Shown piece after piece: positions 1-11,700 of a DNA stretch of 64,000 nt (position 1 is its first letter; each line of letters starts with the position of its first letter). Source of the DNA: Octopus sinensis (Eukaryota); NCBI RefSeq assembly GCF_006345805.1, contig NC_042999.1, forward strand, positions 82,770,001 to 82,834,000, in the 5' to 3' direction. The position numbers and the translations under genes are program-made. Below the pieces are notes generated by a model. The model ran no database searches and was not told where the DNA came from. It worked only from the letters and a program-made list of their open reading frames with translations.

Positions 1-89
1 ATGTATGTATATATATGTATATATATATGTATGTGTACATATATGTATGTGTACATATATGTATGCATATGTATGCATATGTATATATG

Positions 90-132
<43 letters not shown>

Positions 133-493
133 CTATATATATATGTGTATGTATATATATGTATATATATATATACGTATATATGTATATATATATATGT
201 GTGTGTGTACGTATATATATATATGTATATATGTAGATATATGAATATATGTATGTATATATATGTATATATATATGTATGTATATATATATGTATATAT
301 ATATGTATGTATATATATGTATATATATATGTATGTATGTGTGTATATATATATGTATATATATATGTGTATATATATGTATGTGTGTGCATATATGTAT
401 ATGTATGTTTGTATATATGTGTGTGTGTGTGTGTATGTTTGAGTGAGTGTATATATATATGCATATATTTGTGTGTTTGCGTGTATGTGTATT

Positions 494-529
<36 letters not shown>

Positions 530-530
530 A
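1..530. repeat. Compound (TA/TG/TATG)n microsatellite
   Basis: Sequence is almost only TA, TG and TATG units; the overlapping ORFs are Y/I/V/C low-complexity artefacts. Confidence 0.97.
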
Positions 531-890
531 GGCGCAGGCGTGGCTATGTGGTAAGTAGCTTGCTTTCCAATCACATGGTTCCGGATTCAATCTCACTGCG
601 TTGCACGTTAGGCGAGTGCCTTCTACTACAGCCTCGGGCCGACCAAAGCCTTGTGAGTGTATTTGGAAGACGGAAACTGAAAGAAGCCTATCGTATATAC
701 GTGTGTGTTTGTCCATGACTGCTTGGCAACCGGTGTTGGTGTGATTATGGGGTGTTTAGCGATTCGGGAAAACAGACCAATAGAATAAGTACTAAGCTTT
801 AAATAAAAAGTCCTGGAATCGACTCATTCGACTAAAACCATTCTAGCATGGCCTCAGTCAAATTACTGAAATAAGTAAAAGAGTGAAAGA
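531..890 (+). mobile_element. tRNA-derived SINE, family A
   Basis: Head GGCGCAGGCGTGGCTATGTGGT (A box) and GGATTCAATCTC (B-box-like). The same body recurs at 4673, 14271, 20540 and 23843. Confidence 0.8.
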
Positions 891-906
891 ATGTATATAT
901 ACATAT

Positions 907-947
<41 letters not shown>

Positions 948-2206
948 CGAGGGGCGTTCAATAAGTAATGCGCCTGACCCACTTGCCGTTGTTTGATCTA
1001 GCTGAAATTTTGCATGTGCACTTATTTATACCTCTATAAATTAAGTGGCGAATTACAGCTTGTGGTTTCTGATTTACAAGTGTTTGAACTGAGTCAAGTG
1101 TGAAATGGAGCCTGTTGAGTGTCGAGCAGTGATCTGGTTTTTGTATTTGAAAGGACGCACACCACGGGAGACTTTTGATGAAATGAAAGTAACTTATGGT
1201 GATGATGCCCCATCATATGACCTTGTAAAACGCTGGCATTGTGAATTCAAACATAGTCGGAACTCTGTGGAAACAGCTCCCAGATCTGGTCGCCCCCTTC
1301 TGCCGTTGATGAGACGTCTGTCCGTCAAGTTGAGGCTGCCATTTTGGAAGGTCAACGCATAACTATTCGCCAAATAGCCCATAAGGTCAAGATTAGTACC
1401 GGGTCTGTGGAAACTATCGTTCATGACCATTTGCATATGCAAAAAGTGTCTGCCAGATGGATTTCCAGGTTGCTCACACCTTTCCAGAAGCAAGAACGCG
1501 TTGAGTGCTCGAGGATGAATTTGGAGATGTGCCAAGAAGATGAGTCAAAATTTTTCAAAAGACTTATCACACAGGATAAAACCTGGGTCCATCACTATGA
1601 TCCTAGACCAAAGCCCAGTCAATGCAGTGAAAGCACCGTGACTCACCTCCTCCAAAGAAGGCAAGGGTGTAGCCCTCCGCTGACAAGGTTATGCTCACAG
1701 TCTTCTGGGACCAGGACGGAGTAGTGATGACAGATTTCCTGGCAAAGGGTACCACAATTACAGGAGCCTATTATGCTTCACGTTTGAGGAAATTAAGAGA
1801 AGCTATCAAAATCAAGAGGCGAGGCAAGATCAGCAAAGGCATCCCCCTCCTGCAGGACAACGCTCCGGTCCACAACTCGCGTGTCGCCAGATCAGAAGCA
1901 CAGGCGTGCAGCTATGAACCCCTCCCCTTGCACCCTCTGATTTTCACTTCTTCCCAGCCATGAAGTTGATTTTGAAAGGAAAGCGTTTCCCAGATGATGC
2001 AGCCTTGATTTCTGAAGTCACATCGTGGTTGGAGGACCAAGCTGGGGTCTTCTACAAAAACGGTCTCCAGAGCTGTATCAAACGATGGGAGAAATGCATA
2101 ACTCTGGGTAGTTCCTATGTAGGAAAAGACTAATAACTGTGCTAAGTGTCGTTGCTCTACTGCTATGGGAAGTGGGTCAGGGGCATTACTTATTGAACGC
2201 CCCTCG
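948..2206 (+). mobile_element. Near full-length mariner transposon (1259 bp)
   Basis: About 37-bp TIRs (CGAGGGGCGTTCAATAAGTAATGC...) with one mismatch; TA at 946-947 and 2207-2208; transposase remnants inside. Confidence 0.95.
1105..2133 (+). pseudogene. Frameshifted mariner transposase
   Basis: HTH N-terminus MEPVECRAVIWFLYLKG, then ARW(I)SRLL, LITQDKTWVHHYDP, MLTVFWD and LLQDNAPVH, split over three frames. The YSPDLAP segment is deleted; stop at 2131-2133. Confidence 0.92.
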
Positions 2207-2254
2207 TACATACACGTGTGTATGTATGTATACTTATGAGTTAGAAGTGAATGT

Positions 2255-2480
2255 CTAGTGGCTTAGTGGTTACACTCATGTACCCACTTGTTTGTGTTGC
2301 ACTCGTGACCGTAATGTTGTGGTTTCGATGCGTTGTGTTTTTAGGCAAAGCACACTATTTCACGTAGCTTCAGTCCACTCAGCCGACAAATGACGGACTG
2401 GCATCCCGACCAGGGGTTGGGGTAATTTATACACCACAGGATGCGAAAAACAGGCCTCATGAGCCTATGGCTCGGGAAGG
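2255..2480 (+). mobile_element. Degraded tRNA-derived SINE (family C/D-like)
   Basis: TGGCTTAGTGGTTA A box and GGTTTCGAT B box; body resembles the copies at 42857 and 54350. Confidence 0.55.
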
Positions 2481-4672
2481 ACATTTGATCTTTTATGAAT
2501 GTGCGTGTACATTCTATATACGTGTGTGTGTGCGTGTGTATTTGTATGTATATATGTGTCAAGTCACAGAGGACATGAATTCTTTAATTTTATAATTATA
2601 TTGAAGAGAATATATTTTAACCTTCTATAATTCTACAAATTTTGAAGTATAACCAATAAGAGAGAACATGTAGATCTTACAGATGAAGGATCGTGATATT
2701 AATCAAGTTTGCTGTTGTCAGCTTCGCTGCTCTTTGAATGAATAATTTCTGAACGCCTGTCAAACTAACACGAATATGCAGATCAGTTCATCCTGTGTGA
2801 ATTAAGACGGATCTTTAATATAGATGTGAGCTGTTTCTTGTCGTTATCATGATGTAAGTTTAAATTATCTGAAACACAGACGAAATCTTAAAAGAAGCCC
2901 GAAATACATGCTGTTCGATATATTGCTAATGTAAATTTCCAGTTTCATTCAACAGCAAAATTATTGTTTTCTGTTACTAAATTTTATTAAATAATATAAC
3001 ATATATCGGAAGAAACAGACTCGAATCTACTTCTCTCTATTATATATAATCTTGCTTAAATCCTTTCTTAATATGGTATTTGTAAATGCACAGGTTTCGA
3101 ATGCTTTTCTTGATTCTTTGGAGTGGAGGTACATAATGTACTTCTTTCTATCAAAAAGCGGGAAGTCGCCCCTGTTTGCTGAACCATATGTTTTAGTATT
3201 ATATGATGTTGTTCATGGATTTTAAAGTCACTATACATTACTACACATGCGTAATATCATGAACAGAATTTTCGTGGCATAGATTTTGTTAACATTGCTG
3301 TTATTATATTGTCTATTTAGATTTATCAGTTTTATAATTCTTATTGCATTATTTGCTATGAACCTGGTGACGTTATGTAATCTATATGAGAAGGAAGCTA
3401 ACAGATTACATCCCTTCATCAGCGGTCAATATGTTATCAGAAGCTGCAGTACAATATTGAATTTAATTGAATAGCAAGGTTTTATAAAACTGATAAGAAG
3501 AAATCTGTAAGATCACAGTTCAGAAACTTGTTCTCAGTAGTGGACTATGATAGGGTATGGAAATTGTTGATAATGTTCGTATCGCACTACTTAAAATGTT
3601 GCTGGAGTTACAAAAAGGATACAAGAAAATTAAAAAGAAGGGGACGATATCTAGACATTTCTTTTCATATCCAATTGTGGAGTCATGCTTAAAAATATTA
3701 TGTGTAAGTCATCTTAGAAGATCTAAACTAAAAGTCCAACCAATGGAGAGAGATCACACAATATGGACTTTTTTCCTTGCATTTCTATGCAGAATGAATT
3801 TAAGTTTACATGTTTTTCCAGTGATAATGGAAGTAATGCCAACCAGAAATTTCTGAGAAATCTCTGTCATAAGAAAATAAGAATGATTTGAAATTTGTTC
3901 ATCATTTACAGTGACGTATATTGGTACGACATTTGGTAACTGTGCCAAAGAGTTCGAGAATAACTACACAAACATTACTTCTATCCAAAAATTAAGCTCA
4001 CAAAATTTAAACATGGTTAACAAAACAGGTTTTTTTAACTAAAAATAAAAACATTACCAGCAACAGCTTACATCGCGGGAGAGGCGTTACTGCATTGCAA
4101 CATATATCCTACCGAAATACAGGCTCTTATAGGTCTGCAAAATGCTCTCTTGATGTCTGCTGCTGCTGAGAGCCACATACTGAACAAGAGCTTCCTGCAC
4201 TCAGTATCTGGAACAAACTTCCGGAACCTGCAATCAGAATAATCTGAACCACCGGGATGCAAACTTTCAAAAGTTGAACGCGCAAATACCTCCCGTCACT
4301 TTCTTCCCTATAGACGCAGTCAGTCGGTGATTGATCATTTGAAATGTTCTTCAAGTTCAAAAGTCCGATAAGATTATTGATCACATATACATGTAATAAA
4401 AATACAAAGCTGCATGTTACTCACAAAAGTTTCATAAGTGCACCCGCATGTGTGTGTGTGTGTGTGTGTGTGAGTGTGCATGTTTTGCGTGTATTTTGTT
4501 GTGTGTATGCAGGCATGTGTGTGTATGTTTGTGTATGTGTGTATGCAGATGTCAGTTTGGCTGGCAGATAGACATGTAAAGTAAATTCCATAGAGACTGT
4601 AGTTGATAAGCTAACGCTGTGAGCTGGGTTAGGTTTGCGGTTTGTAACAATGATTTTTTTTTTCCATTACTA

Positions 4673-5058
4673 GGCACAGGCGTGGCTGTGTGATAAAAAG
4701 CTTGCTTCCCAGCCACATGGTTCTGGGTTCAGTCCCACTGCACGGCACCTTGGGCAAGTGTCTTCTATTATAGCCTCGGGCTGACCAAAGCCTAGTGAGT
4801 GGATTTGGTAGACGGAAACTAATGTATGTGTGTGTATGTATGTGTGTGAGTATGTGTCTTTGTGTTTCTGTTTGTCTCCCACCACCACCACCACCACGCC
4901 GCTTGACAACCGCTGTGGATGTGTTTACGTCTCTGTTTCTTAGCGGTTTGGAGAACGATTGAATAAGTCCCAGGCTTTAAAAAAAGTCCCGGGGTCTATT
5001 TGTTCGTCGAAAAACCTTTCACAGCGGTGCCCCCAGTATGACCGCAATCAAATAACTT
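4673..5058 (+). mobile_element. tRNA-derived SINE, family A
   Basis: GGCACAGGCGTGGCTGTGTG...GGTTCAGTCCCACTGC head, central microsatellite and shared tail. Confidence 0.85.
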
Positions 5059-5061
5059 AAG

Positions 5062-5153
5062 TTTTATTTCAAGATTCCTTGTCAATAGAGGAAGAGTCAG
5101 TTTCTAACCTAGATCCAAACCCTTTGGATCATTGGAATTTCAACATCAACAAG
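5062..5153 (-). mobile_element. Terminal 3' UTR segment of R4-like LINE family B
   Basis: Reverse complement matches TGTTGATGTTGAAATTCCAATGA..GGATCTAGGTTAGAAAC..CTCTATTG..GAAATAAA, seen at about 31515-31615 and 36255-36340. Confidence 0.75.
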
Positions 5154-5233
5154 ACAGTTCAATATTTAAGAGATGAGGAATTATGTACATTATTTACATT
5201 AGACGGATATTTGTCCTCATCCTGTTTGTTGTT

Positions 5234-5279
5234 AACACAACGTTTCAGCTGATATACCCTCCAGCCTTCATCAGGTGTC
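5234..5279 (-). ncRNA. Minimal type I hammerhead ribozyme motif
   Basis: Minus strand GACAC-CTGATGA-A-GGCTG..CAGCT-GAAAC-GTT-GTGTT. Stem I is GACAC/GTGTT and stem III is the palindrome AACGTT. Confidence 0.75.
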
Positions 5280-5326
5280 CTGGGGAAATTTCGAACCTGG
5301 GTTCTCATTCCTAAGGTATTTTTCGA

Positions 5327-5328
<2 letters not shown>

Positions 5329-5420
<92 letters not shown>

Positions 5421-5805
5421 GTTATTATTATTATGGTTATTATTATTATTGTTATTATTATTATGGTTATTATTATTATTGTTATTATTATTAGTGTTAT
5501 TATTATTATTGTCATTATTATTATTATTGTTATTATTATTATTATTGTTATTGTTGTTGTTGTTGTTGTTGTTTTTATTGTTGTTGTTATTATTATTGTT
5601 GTTATTATTATTATTATTATTGTTATTATTATTGTTATTATTGTTATCATTATTATTGTTATTATTATTATTAGTGTTATTATTATTATTGTCATTATTA
5701 TTATTATTGTTATTATTATTATTGTTATTATTATTATTGTCATTATTATTATTATTGTTATTATTATTATTGTTGTTGTTATTATTATTGTTGTTATTAT
5801 TATTA

Positions 5806-5852
<47 letters not shown>
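5329..5852. repeat. (TTA)n array with GTT/GTC/GTG variants
   Basis: About 520 bp of trinucleotide repeat; source of the poly-L and poly-I ORFs. Confidence 0.97.
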
Positions 5853-5856
<4 letters not shown>

Positions 5857-5910
5857 TCACTGCTCGGGATCGAACTCGAAGTCTTGGGGTTAAGAGCGAA
5901 ATTTCCTCAA

Positions 5911-5956
5911 GACACCTGATGAAGGCTGGATGGTACATCAGCCGAAACGTTGTGTT
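5911..5956 (+). ncRNA. Minimal type I hammerhead ribozyme motif
   Basis: GACAC-CTGATGA-A-GGCTG GATGGTACAT CAGCC-GAAAC-GTT-GTGTT. Intact core, GUU cleavage triplet. Confidence 0.8.
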
Positions 5957-6004
5957 AACAGCAAACAAGATGAGGACATATATATCCGTCTAATGTAAAT
6001 AATG

Positions 6005-6236
6005 AACATCGACAAGGCATGTTTGTATACATGCACATTTGTGTGCATTGTTTTATGTATGTATTCTCATGCATATACGAGGTCACGAGCCTAGACATGC
6101 TCATATATACTTAGATGATAAATTTCTGAAAAGGTTTGCTGATTTGTACAGTTCCAGTGATGGCTTGGATCTGTAGTCTTCGAATCAGCTTTCTCCTCTC
6201 TGGCTTTGAGAAACCTAATTTCTCAAGACTGGTATT
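6005..6236 (-). mobile_element. 3' end of R4-like LINE family B (ORF C-terminus plus 3' UTR)
   Basis: LEKLGFSKPERRKLIRRLQIQAITGTVQISKPFQKFII* matches the end of the ORF at 31190-31307. Confidence 0.85.
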
Positions 6237-6237
6237 T

Positions 6238-6470
6238 AGCGAGCTGGCAAAAACGTTAGCACGCCGGGCGACATGCGTAGCCGTATTTCTTTCGCCGTTA
6301 CGTTCTGAGTTCAAATTCCGCCGAGGTCCACTTTGCCTTTCATCCTTTCGGAGTCGATAAATTAAGTACCAGTTACGCACTGGAGTCGATATAATCGACT
6401 TAATACTTATGTCTGTCCTTGTTTGTCCTCTCTGTGTTTAGCCCCTTGTGGGTAGTAAAGAAATAGGTAT
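6238..6470 (+). mobile_element. tRNA-derived SINE, family B
   Basis: GAGCTGGCAAAAACGTTAGCACGCCGGGCG...GAGTTCAAATTCCGCCGAGG; many copies in the window. Confidence 0.88.
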
Positions 6471-6689
6471 TTAAGCAGTTTGTTACATATCCCAGCGCCC
6501 AATAATTATAGTTATAAATCTGAACTTATAACCTGGATAGAGTAACTGCAAATTTCCCAGTAGTTCAGTGTATGTATGCGTGTACGTATATTCTTCAGGT
6601 TTTAAATCTAACTTTCAACTGAACATTATTAATAAATTCTTTGAAGTGAGCGCTATTATTTTATTTCTATTTGTCACTGAAAAATATTG

Positions 6690-6730
<41 letters not shown>

Positions 6731-7372
6731 TCCCAGGCAAATATAAACTGTATTGAATATGATCTCATGGGTCGAGACGCTTGTATACACATGAATAAAG
6801 TATTAAATATATTAATCTTGTCGTTATTTGCTACTTTTACATGATTTTTCGTTTTTTTTTGTTTTTTGTTTTTTTGTTGTTTTTTTTTTTTTGCTTTCAT
6901 ATAAATAAACTTTGAGAAAAAAAATTACTGTTTCGACCTGAATAAAAAATGCCCGGATATTTTTTTTTCTCTTCTCTCACACACATTCTATCTCACACCA
7001 GCTTTCCTTCCCTCTCTTTTTCTATCTGTTACTCTTTTTCTCTAGCTATCGCTATCTCAGGCGTTGAAGCACGCATGCGCAGATACTCGCGCACACATTT
7101 TATGCATATGCAAAATCAAGACCTTAACAATATAACCATCTAACCACACAAAACCCATCCCATATACCTGCATAAACATATTCGATTAGATACACACAGA
7201 CAAGAATATCACACACACACGCATAGACGCATACATACACCGCATGCATATGTGCACACACGTACACAAATACACACATGCGTCTGCACGTGCACATGCA
7301 CACATGCCTCATATATATATATATACATATATATATATGAGCGTGTGTATATGAGTATGTATGTGTACATGA

Positions 7373-7405
<33 letters not shown>

Positions 7406-7792
7406 CAGATACGTGTATATATATATATATATGTATGTATCTGTTATATACATATATATTTGCATACATTCACACATACATACATGTATGCATCCATCCA
7501 TACATAAATATATACTTACATACATACAAACATGCATATATATATATATATATATATATACTTACATGCAAGCATACATACATACATACATACATACATA
7601 CATACATACATACATACATACATACATACATAAGCAAGCACACATATATGAATCAGGGCTGTACAGTCATCCGATGAATGGCGTGTTGGTCGGAGGGTGG
7701 GAACTCAACGTTATGAAACTTCGCTTGCGGTTGTCATAAGATATATTATGACATTTCACAAACTGCAATCGATAATAATAATAATAATAATA

Positions 7793-7849
<57 letters not shown>

Positions 7850-8391
7850 CAACAACGTCAACATCGAAATAAGTTATTATTATCATTAGTGTCAATGCCA
7901 TTCTATTTTTATTTTAATAGCTGAGCTTTTATGAAGATAGTTCCCATGGCACAAGTTTAAAGGCGACCAGAAAGCTAATCTAGGGCTGCATATACGACTT
8001 ATTTATGACTCACAAGAATATATAGTCAAGCATGTATATTCAAGCATGTATGTATATATGTTAGCTTTCACGTTGCTATATCTGTATGTTTTGAACGTGT
8101 ATACATGCATATGTGTGTGTGTGGTGTGTATATAAATATATTTATATATCAATGCCTTTTTTATGCTTTTCGATTGCATGAATGTTTGCCTATAGCGTGT
8201 GTGTGTATGGGGGTAGGTAGGTAGGTAGGTAGGTAGATAGGTAGGTAGGTAGGTATGTAGGTAGGTAGGTAGGTAGGTAGGTAGATAAGTAAAAATATAT
8301 GTAAGCACGAATGTATTTATGCATGCATGTATTCATTTAAGTATGCATATGGGAATGTGTGTGTATATATGTATGATGTGTTTGTGTGTAT

Positions 8392-8430
<39 letters not shown>

Positions 8431-8449
8431 CGCGTTTTTGTGTTTGTGT

Positions 8450-8580
8450 TTGTCCCCTCACCATCGCATGACAACCGATGTTGATGTGTTTACGTCCCCG
8501 TAACTTAGAGGTTCGGCAAAAGAGACCGATAGAATAAGTACTAGACTTACAAAGAATAAGTCGTGGGATCGATTTGTTCG
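8450..8580 (+). mobile_element. SINE family A tail fragment
   Basis: GACAACCGATGTTGATGTGTTTACGTCCCCGTAACTTAG..GAATAAGTACTAG matches the tail at 24080-24200. Confidence 0.7.
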
Positions 8581-8625
8581 ACTATATATATGTATGTATA
8601 TATGTATGTATGTATGCATGTATTC

Positions 8626-8662
<37 letters not shown>

Positions 8663-8979
8663 ATACAAACATAATATTTCATATATATATATATATACAC
8701 ACACACACGCAGACAAATATGTTAGCGATCTGTATATCATACCTAAAGCATATTTACTGTAGAAAGCCTTCTAAACAGCGGTATTCGTCTAAAGAATGCA
8801 TCGCTTGTAAGCGTATAGTATTAAAAAGACAGAAATATATCAGCAGCTAGCGAAAACATCCCAGCAGCAAAGGGAGCATTGTTAAATCCGAGTTTCTGCT
8901 CCTTTGAGCTTCCTCAGACGCAAGTATCCACTGGCACTGCATGCGAAGTGAATATCGGCATATATCTGATATTGTTAGT

Positions 8980-9600
8980 GTGATTGAAAAGTTACTATTT
9001 AGTTGGAAGGTTGAATAACAGTTCGTTATTAATAACTGCGATATTTGTTATAAACAAGAGCGATATGAGTTAAACAAATATCAATTACGATAACAAATCC
9101 AAGAAAAATAGAATGGGTAATAAAAAATTACTTGTGTGACGCACCCTTCAGGATTCATATAACCACAAACATCCAAGGTAAATTCTGAAATAATATTTTT
9201 TCTTTAAAGTAGGTATCGAAAAATATTCGATCGGCATACTGTAAAAGTTGCATACTCTTCTACACCTAAATTGGCAGATATTATAGCGACACTTAACACA
9301 AAAACATTGAACACTTTCGAGACGAAAAAACCTACTAGTTCTTATTCTGAGAATATAAAACAATCTACGTTCACCTTCAGTGAAACTCATATATCTACTT
9401 ATGATAAAGAGGCCGATAGCATCTTCATGTCTTATATAGAGCATGGTATTAACGCCAATACATTAAATAGAAACTATTACAGCTATAGGCCTAGAGAAAT
9501 ATGTAACTGTAGAAACCGTTTAAGTATAATGCCTAAGGTAAAAATGCATAAATGTTCGGTAGTAACACCTGGAAGTGTATATTACTACATAAACATTTCT
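8980..9600 (+). pseudogene. Penelope-like element RT C-terminus / GIY-YIG linker remnant
   Basis: Translates to APFRIHITTNIQGKF, RKIFDRHTVKVAYSSTPKLADIIATLNTKTL and CNCRNR. These resemble the Penelope motifs NPPFS..V.TNIG, KIFNRNTVK.SYS and CNCR (recognised from memory). Confidence 0.65.
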
Positions 9601-9635
9601 GTTACAAAATTTATGATCATATGTATAATCGTGTA

Positions 9636-10310
9636 AGGGTGACTGATACCAGGACCACTCATTTCAGGAAAACTCATATCGGACAATTGATTTGTAGGAC
9701 AACTTATAAAGTAATAAAGATTTGATTTTGAAAGAAAAATCAAGTAAGAATAAAATAACAAATATTGAAGGAAAAACGGGGTATTTTTCTTTTTTGGACA
9801 ATGAAAACTAAAAATATTAAAGACTGTCAATATAAAAGGAATTTACTAAAACTGAAACTACGTGCAGATTATATGCCACAGCTTTTAAGGAAGACATTTT
9901 CTGGCAAGGATTATACTTTTCAAGAAAAAATTATCAGTCGCTTGTTGTGGTCTTTGTAAACCTGTTTTGAAGTTATTTGCACTCCGCGTTCCAAATCAAT
10001 TTTCTTTTTCTGTGCCAAAACTTTAGTGTATTTATTGATTTTCAGATATTCGGATGTTGAAGTTGAATTTTGTAAGGCATTATGAAAATCTTCAAGGCTA
10101 TTATTAGTTCTAGTCATGCCAGTTGAAACCCTCTCTCAAATATTCCATACTTCAATTGGAATTATTGGAGCCAGATGATATCTTGTAGCGCCTCTTCTTC
10201 TTTCAGGTCCTATGTAAGTCATTTCAAAATACGACACAAATTCTTGTGGCAAACCTTCGTTGTCGGACAGTTCGTATGCTACAATAACATTATTCACTGG
10301 CAAAAAAAAA
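9636..10310 (-). mobile_element. MULE/Mutator transposase 3' fragment with probable terminal region
   Basis: FVSYFEMTYIG..RR..PIIPIEVWN..RTNNSLEDFHNAL is a typical MULE transposase C-terminal motif. A TIR-like end lies near 9636. Confidence 0.75.
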
Positions 10311-10367
10311 AAAAACAAGTGCTGTAAAGCACTTTATCTTTAGACGAAATACTTCATCAGTATTATA

Positions 10368-10440
10368 CAGTGAAGTGAAGCAAACTAGCGTCTGCTTCAC
10401 TTCACTGATGAGGTCTTAAAAAGCCGAAGCATATCCAAAG
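10368..10440 (+). other. Perfect 15-bp hairpin overlapping a degenerate hammerhead-like motif
   Basis: CAGTGAAGTGAAGCA / TGCTTCACTTCACTG, followed by CTGATGA-GGTCTT AAA AAGCC-GAAGC. Confidence 0.4.
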
Positions 10441-11104
10441 TTGCCGCTATACTGTTTAAAATTATACCCACTTCCCATTGCAATCTGTATTTAATTTTAA
10501 TTCATTAAAATTTTGGTGTTGTCTCCCGCATATTTTTGAACAGAAATAGTTATTTAGAGAGATTTGTTCCCATTAGTTTAGTTGTAAAGTTAATACATTG
10601 AATTTCTTTTGCTTGAAACACAGTGGACTCTGTTAAAGCACCGAAAGAAGCTAGCACGTATTCGTGTAGAACTGGGAGACAGATTAAATCATAACGAAAG
10701 CGTGGCAACAATTGGCAGCTGCTATACAGTTTGTGCTTAAGATTGTATAAGTTGTAAAGTATCGCTTGCTACACCAAAAAATGCTTTGCTCATGGTGAAA
10801 GTTAGAATAATGCTTTTGCAAGCTCTGCAATTGCTTTAGATTATATTACACCATAGGAAAGAAACAGGGAAGTAAATATTGATTCCTGCATATCCAAATC
10901 AAACAGGTTAAGCAAGCAGGAATTAAACTCCAGTGGTACAAGAAATAATTATATATGCTTTGGATATGAGTGGAAACGGAAAAGGAAGCAAGCCGTTTTC
11001 TTTCTTCGTCGATTTTCAGTTAAAATCACGAATTGTTTATTTTTCCTTGGTTATGTTAACCAGTTATGAAATGTCATAATATATTTCTGCTCTCACTTTC
11101 TCTT

Positions 11105-11168
<64 letters not shown>

Positions 11169-11300
11169 ATATGTGCACATACATATATGCATATATACTA
11201 AAGGAGCAGACTCACACATTCACATATAAACATACCTACAAACATATAAGCATACATAAATACATACATACATGTACAAAATACTATGCACAAACACAAA

Positions 11301-11700
11301 GGCGGCGAGCTGGCAGAAACGTTAGCACGCCGGGTGAAATGCTTAGCGGTATTTCGTCTGCCGTTACGTTGTGAGTTCAAATTCCGCCGAGGTCGACTTT
11401 GCCTTTCATCCTTTCGGGGTCGATAAATTAAGTACCAGTTACGCACTGGGGTCGATGTAATCGATTTAATCCGCTTGTCTGTCCTTGTTTGTCTCCCCTG
11501 TGTTTAGCCCCTTGTGGGTAGTAAAGAAATAGGTATTTCGTCTGTCTTTACGTTTTGAGTTCAAATTCTGCTGAGGTCGACTTTGCCTTTCATCCTTTCG
11601 GGGTCGATAAATTAAGTACCAGTTGCGTACTGAGGTTAATCTAATCGACTGGCCCTCTTCTCAAAAATTTCGGGCCTTGTGTCTAGAGTAGAAAAGAATA
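11301..11700 (+). mobile_element. Two adjacent family B SINE copies
   Basis: Full head at 11301; second partial copy from about 11535. Confidence 0.88.

Larger units (their letters stand above)
5154..6004 (-). mobile_element. Composite element: partial tRNA-like head, (AAT)n and hammerhead tail, with an inverted tail copy at its 5' end
   Basis: Half tRNA head at 5851-5892 (B box GTTCGATCC on minus), AAT array, tail at 5154-5328. Inverted arms at about 5183-5293 and 5897-6009. Flanked by AACATC[A/G]ACAAG at 5142-5153 and 6005-6016. Confidence 0.75.

Noticed and set aside
7667-7760. CCGATGA..stem..GAAAC..GTC hammerhead-like pattern
   Set aside because: U4C change and no convincing stem I; the nearby hairpin TGTCATAA/TTATGACA does not fit the fold.
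9148-9444. Minus ORF with CFCVKCRYNIC resembling a piggyBac Cys-rich tail
   Set aside because: The opposite strand carries several ordered Penelope motifs, which explains the region better.
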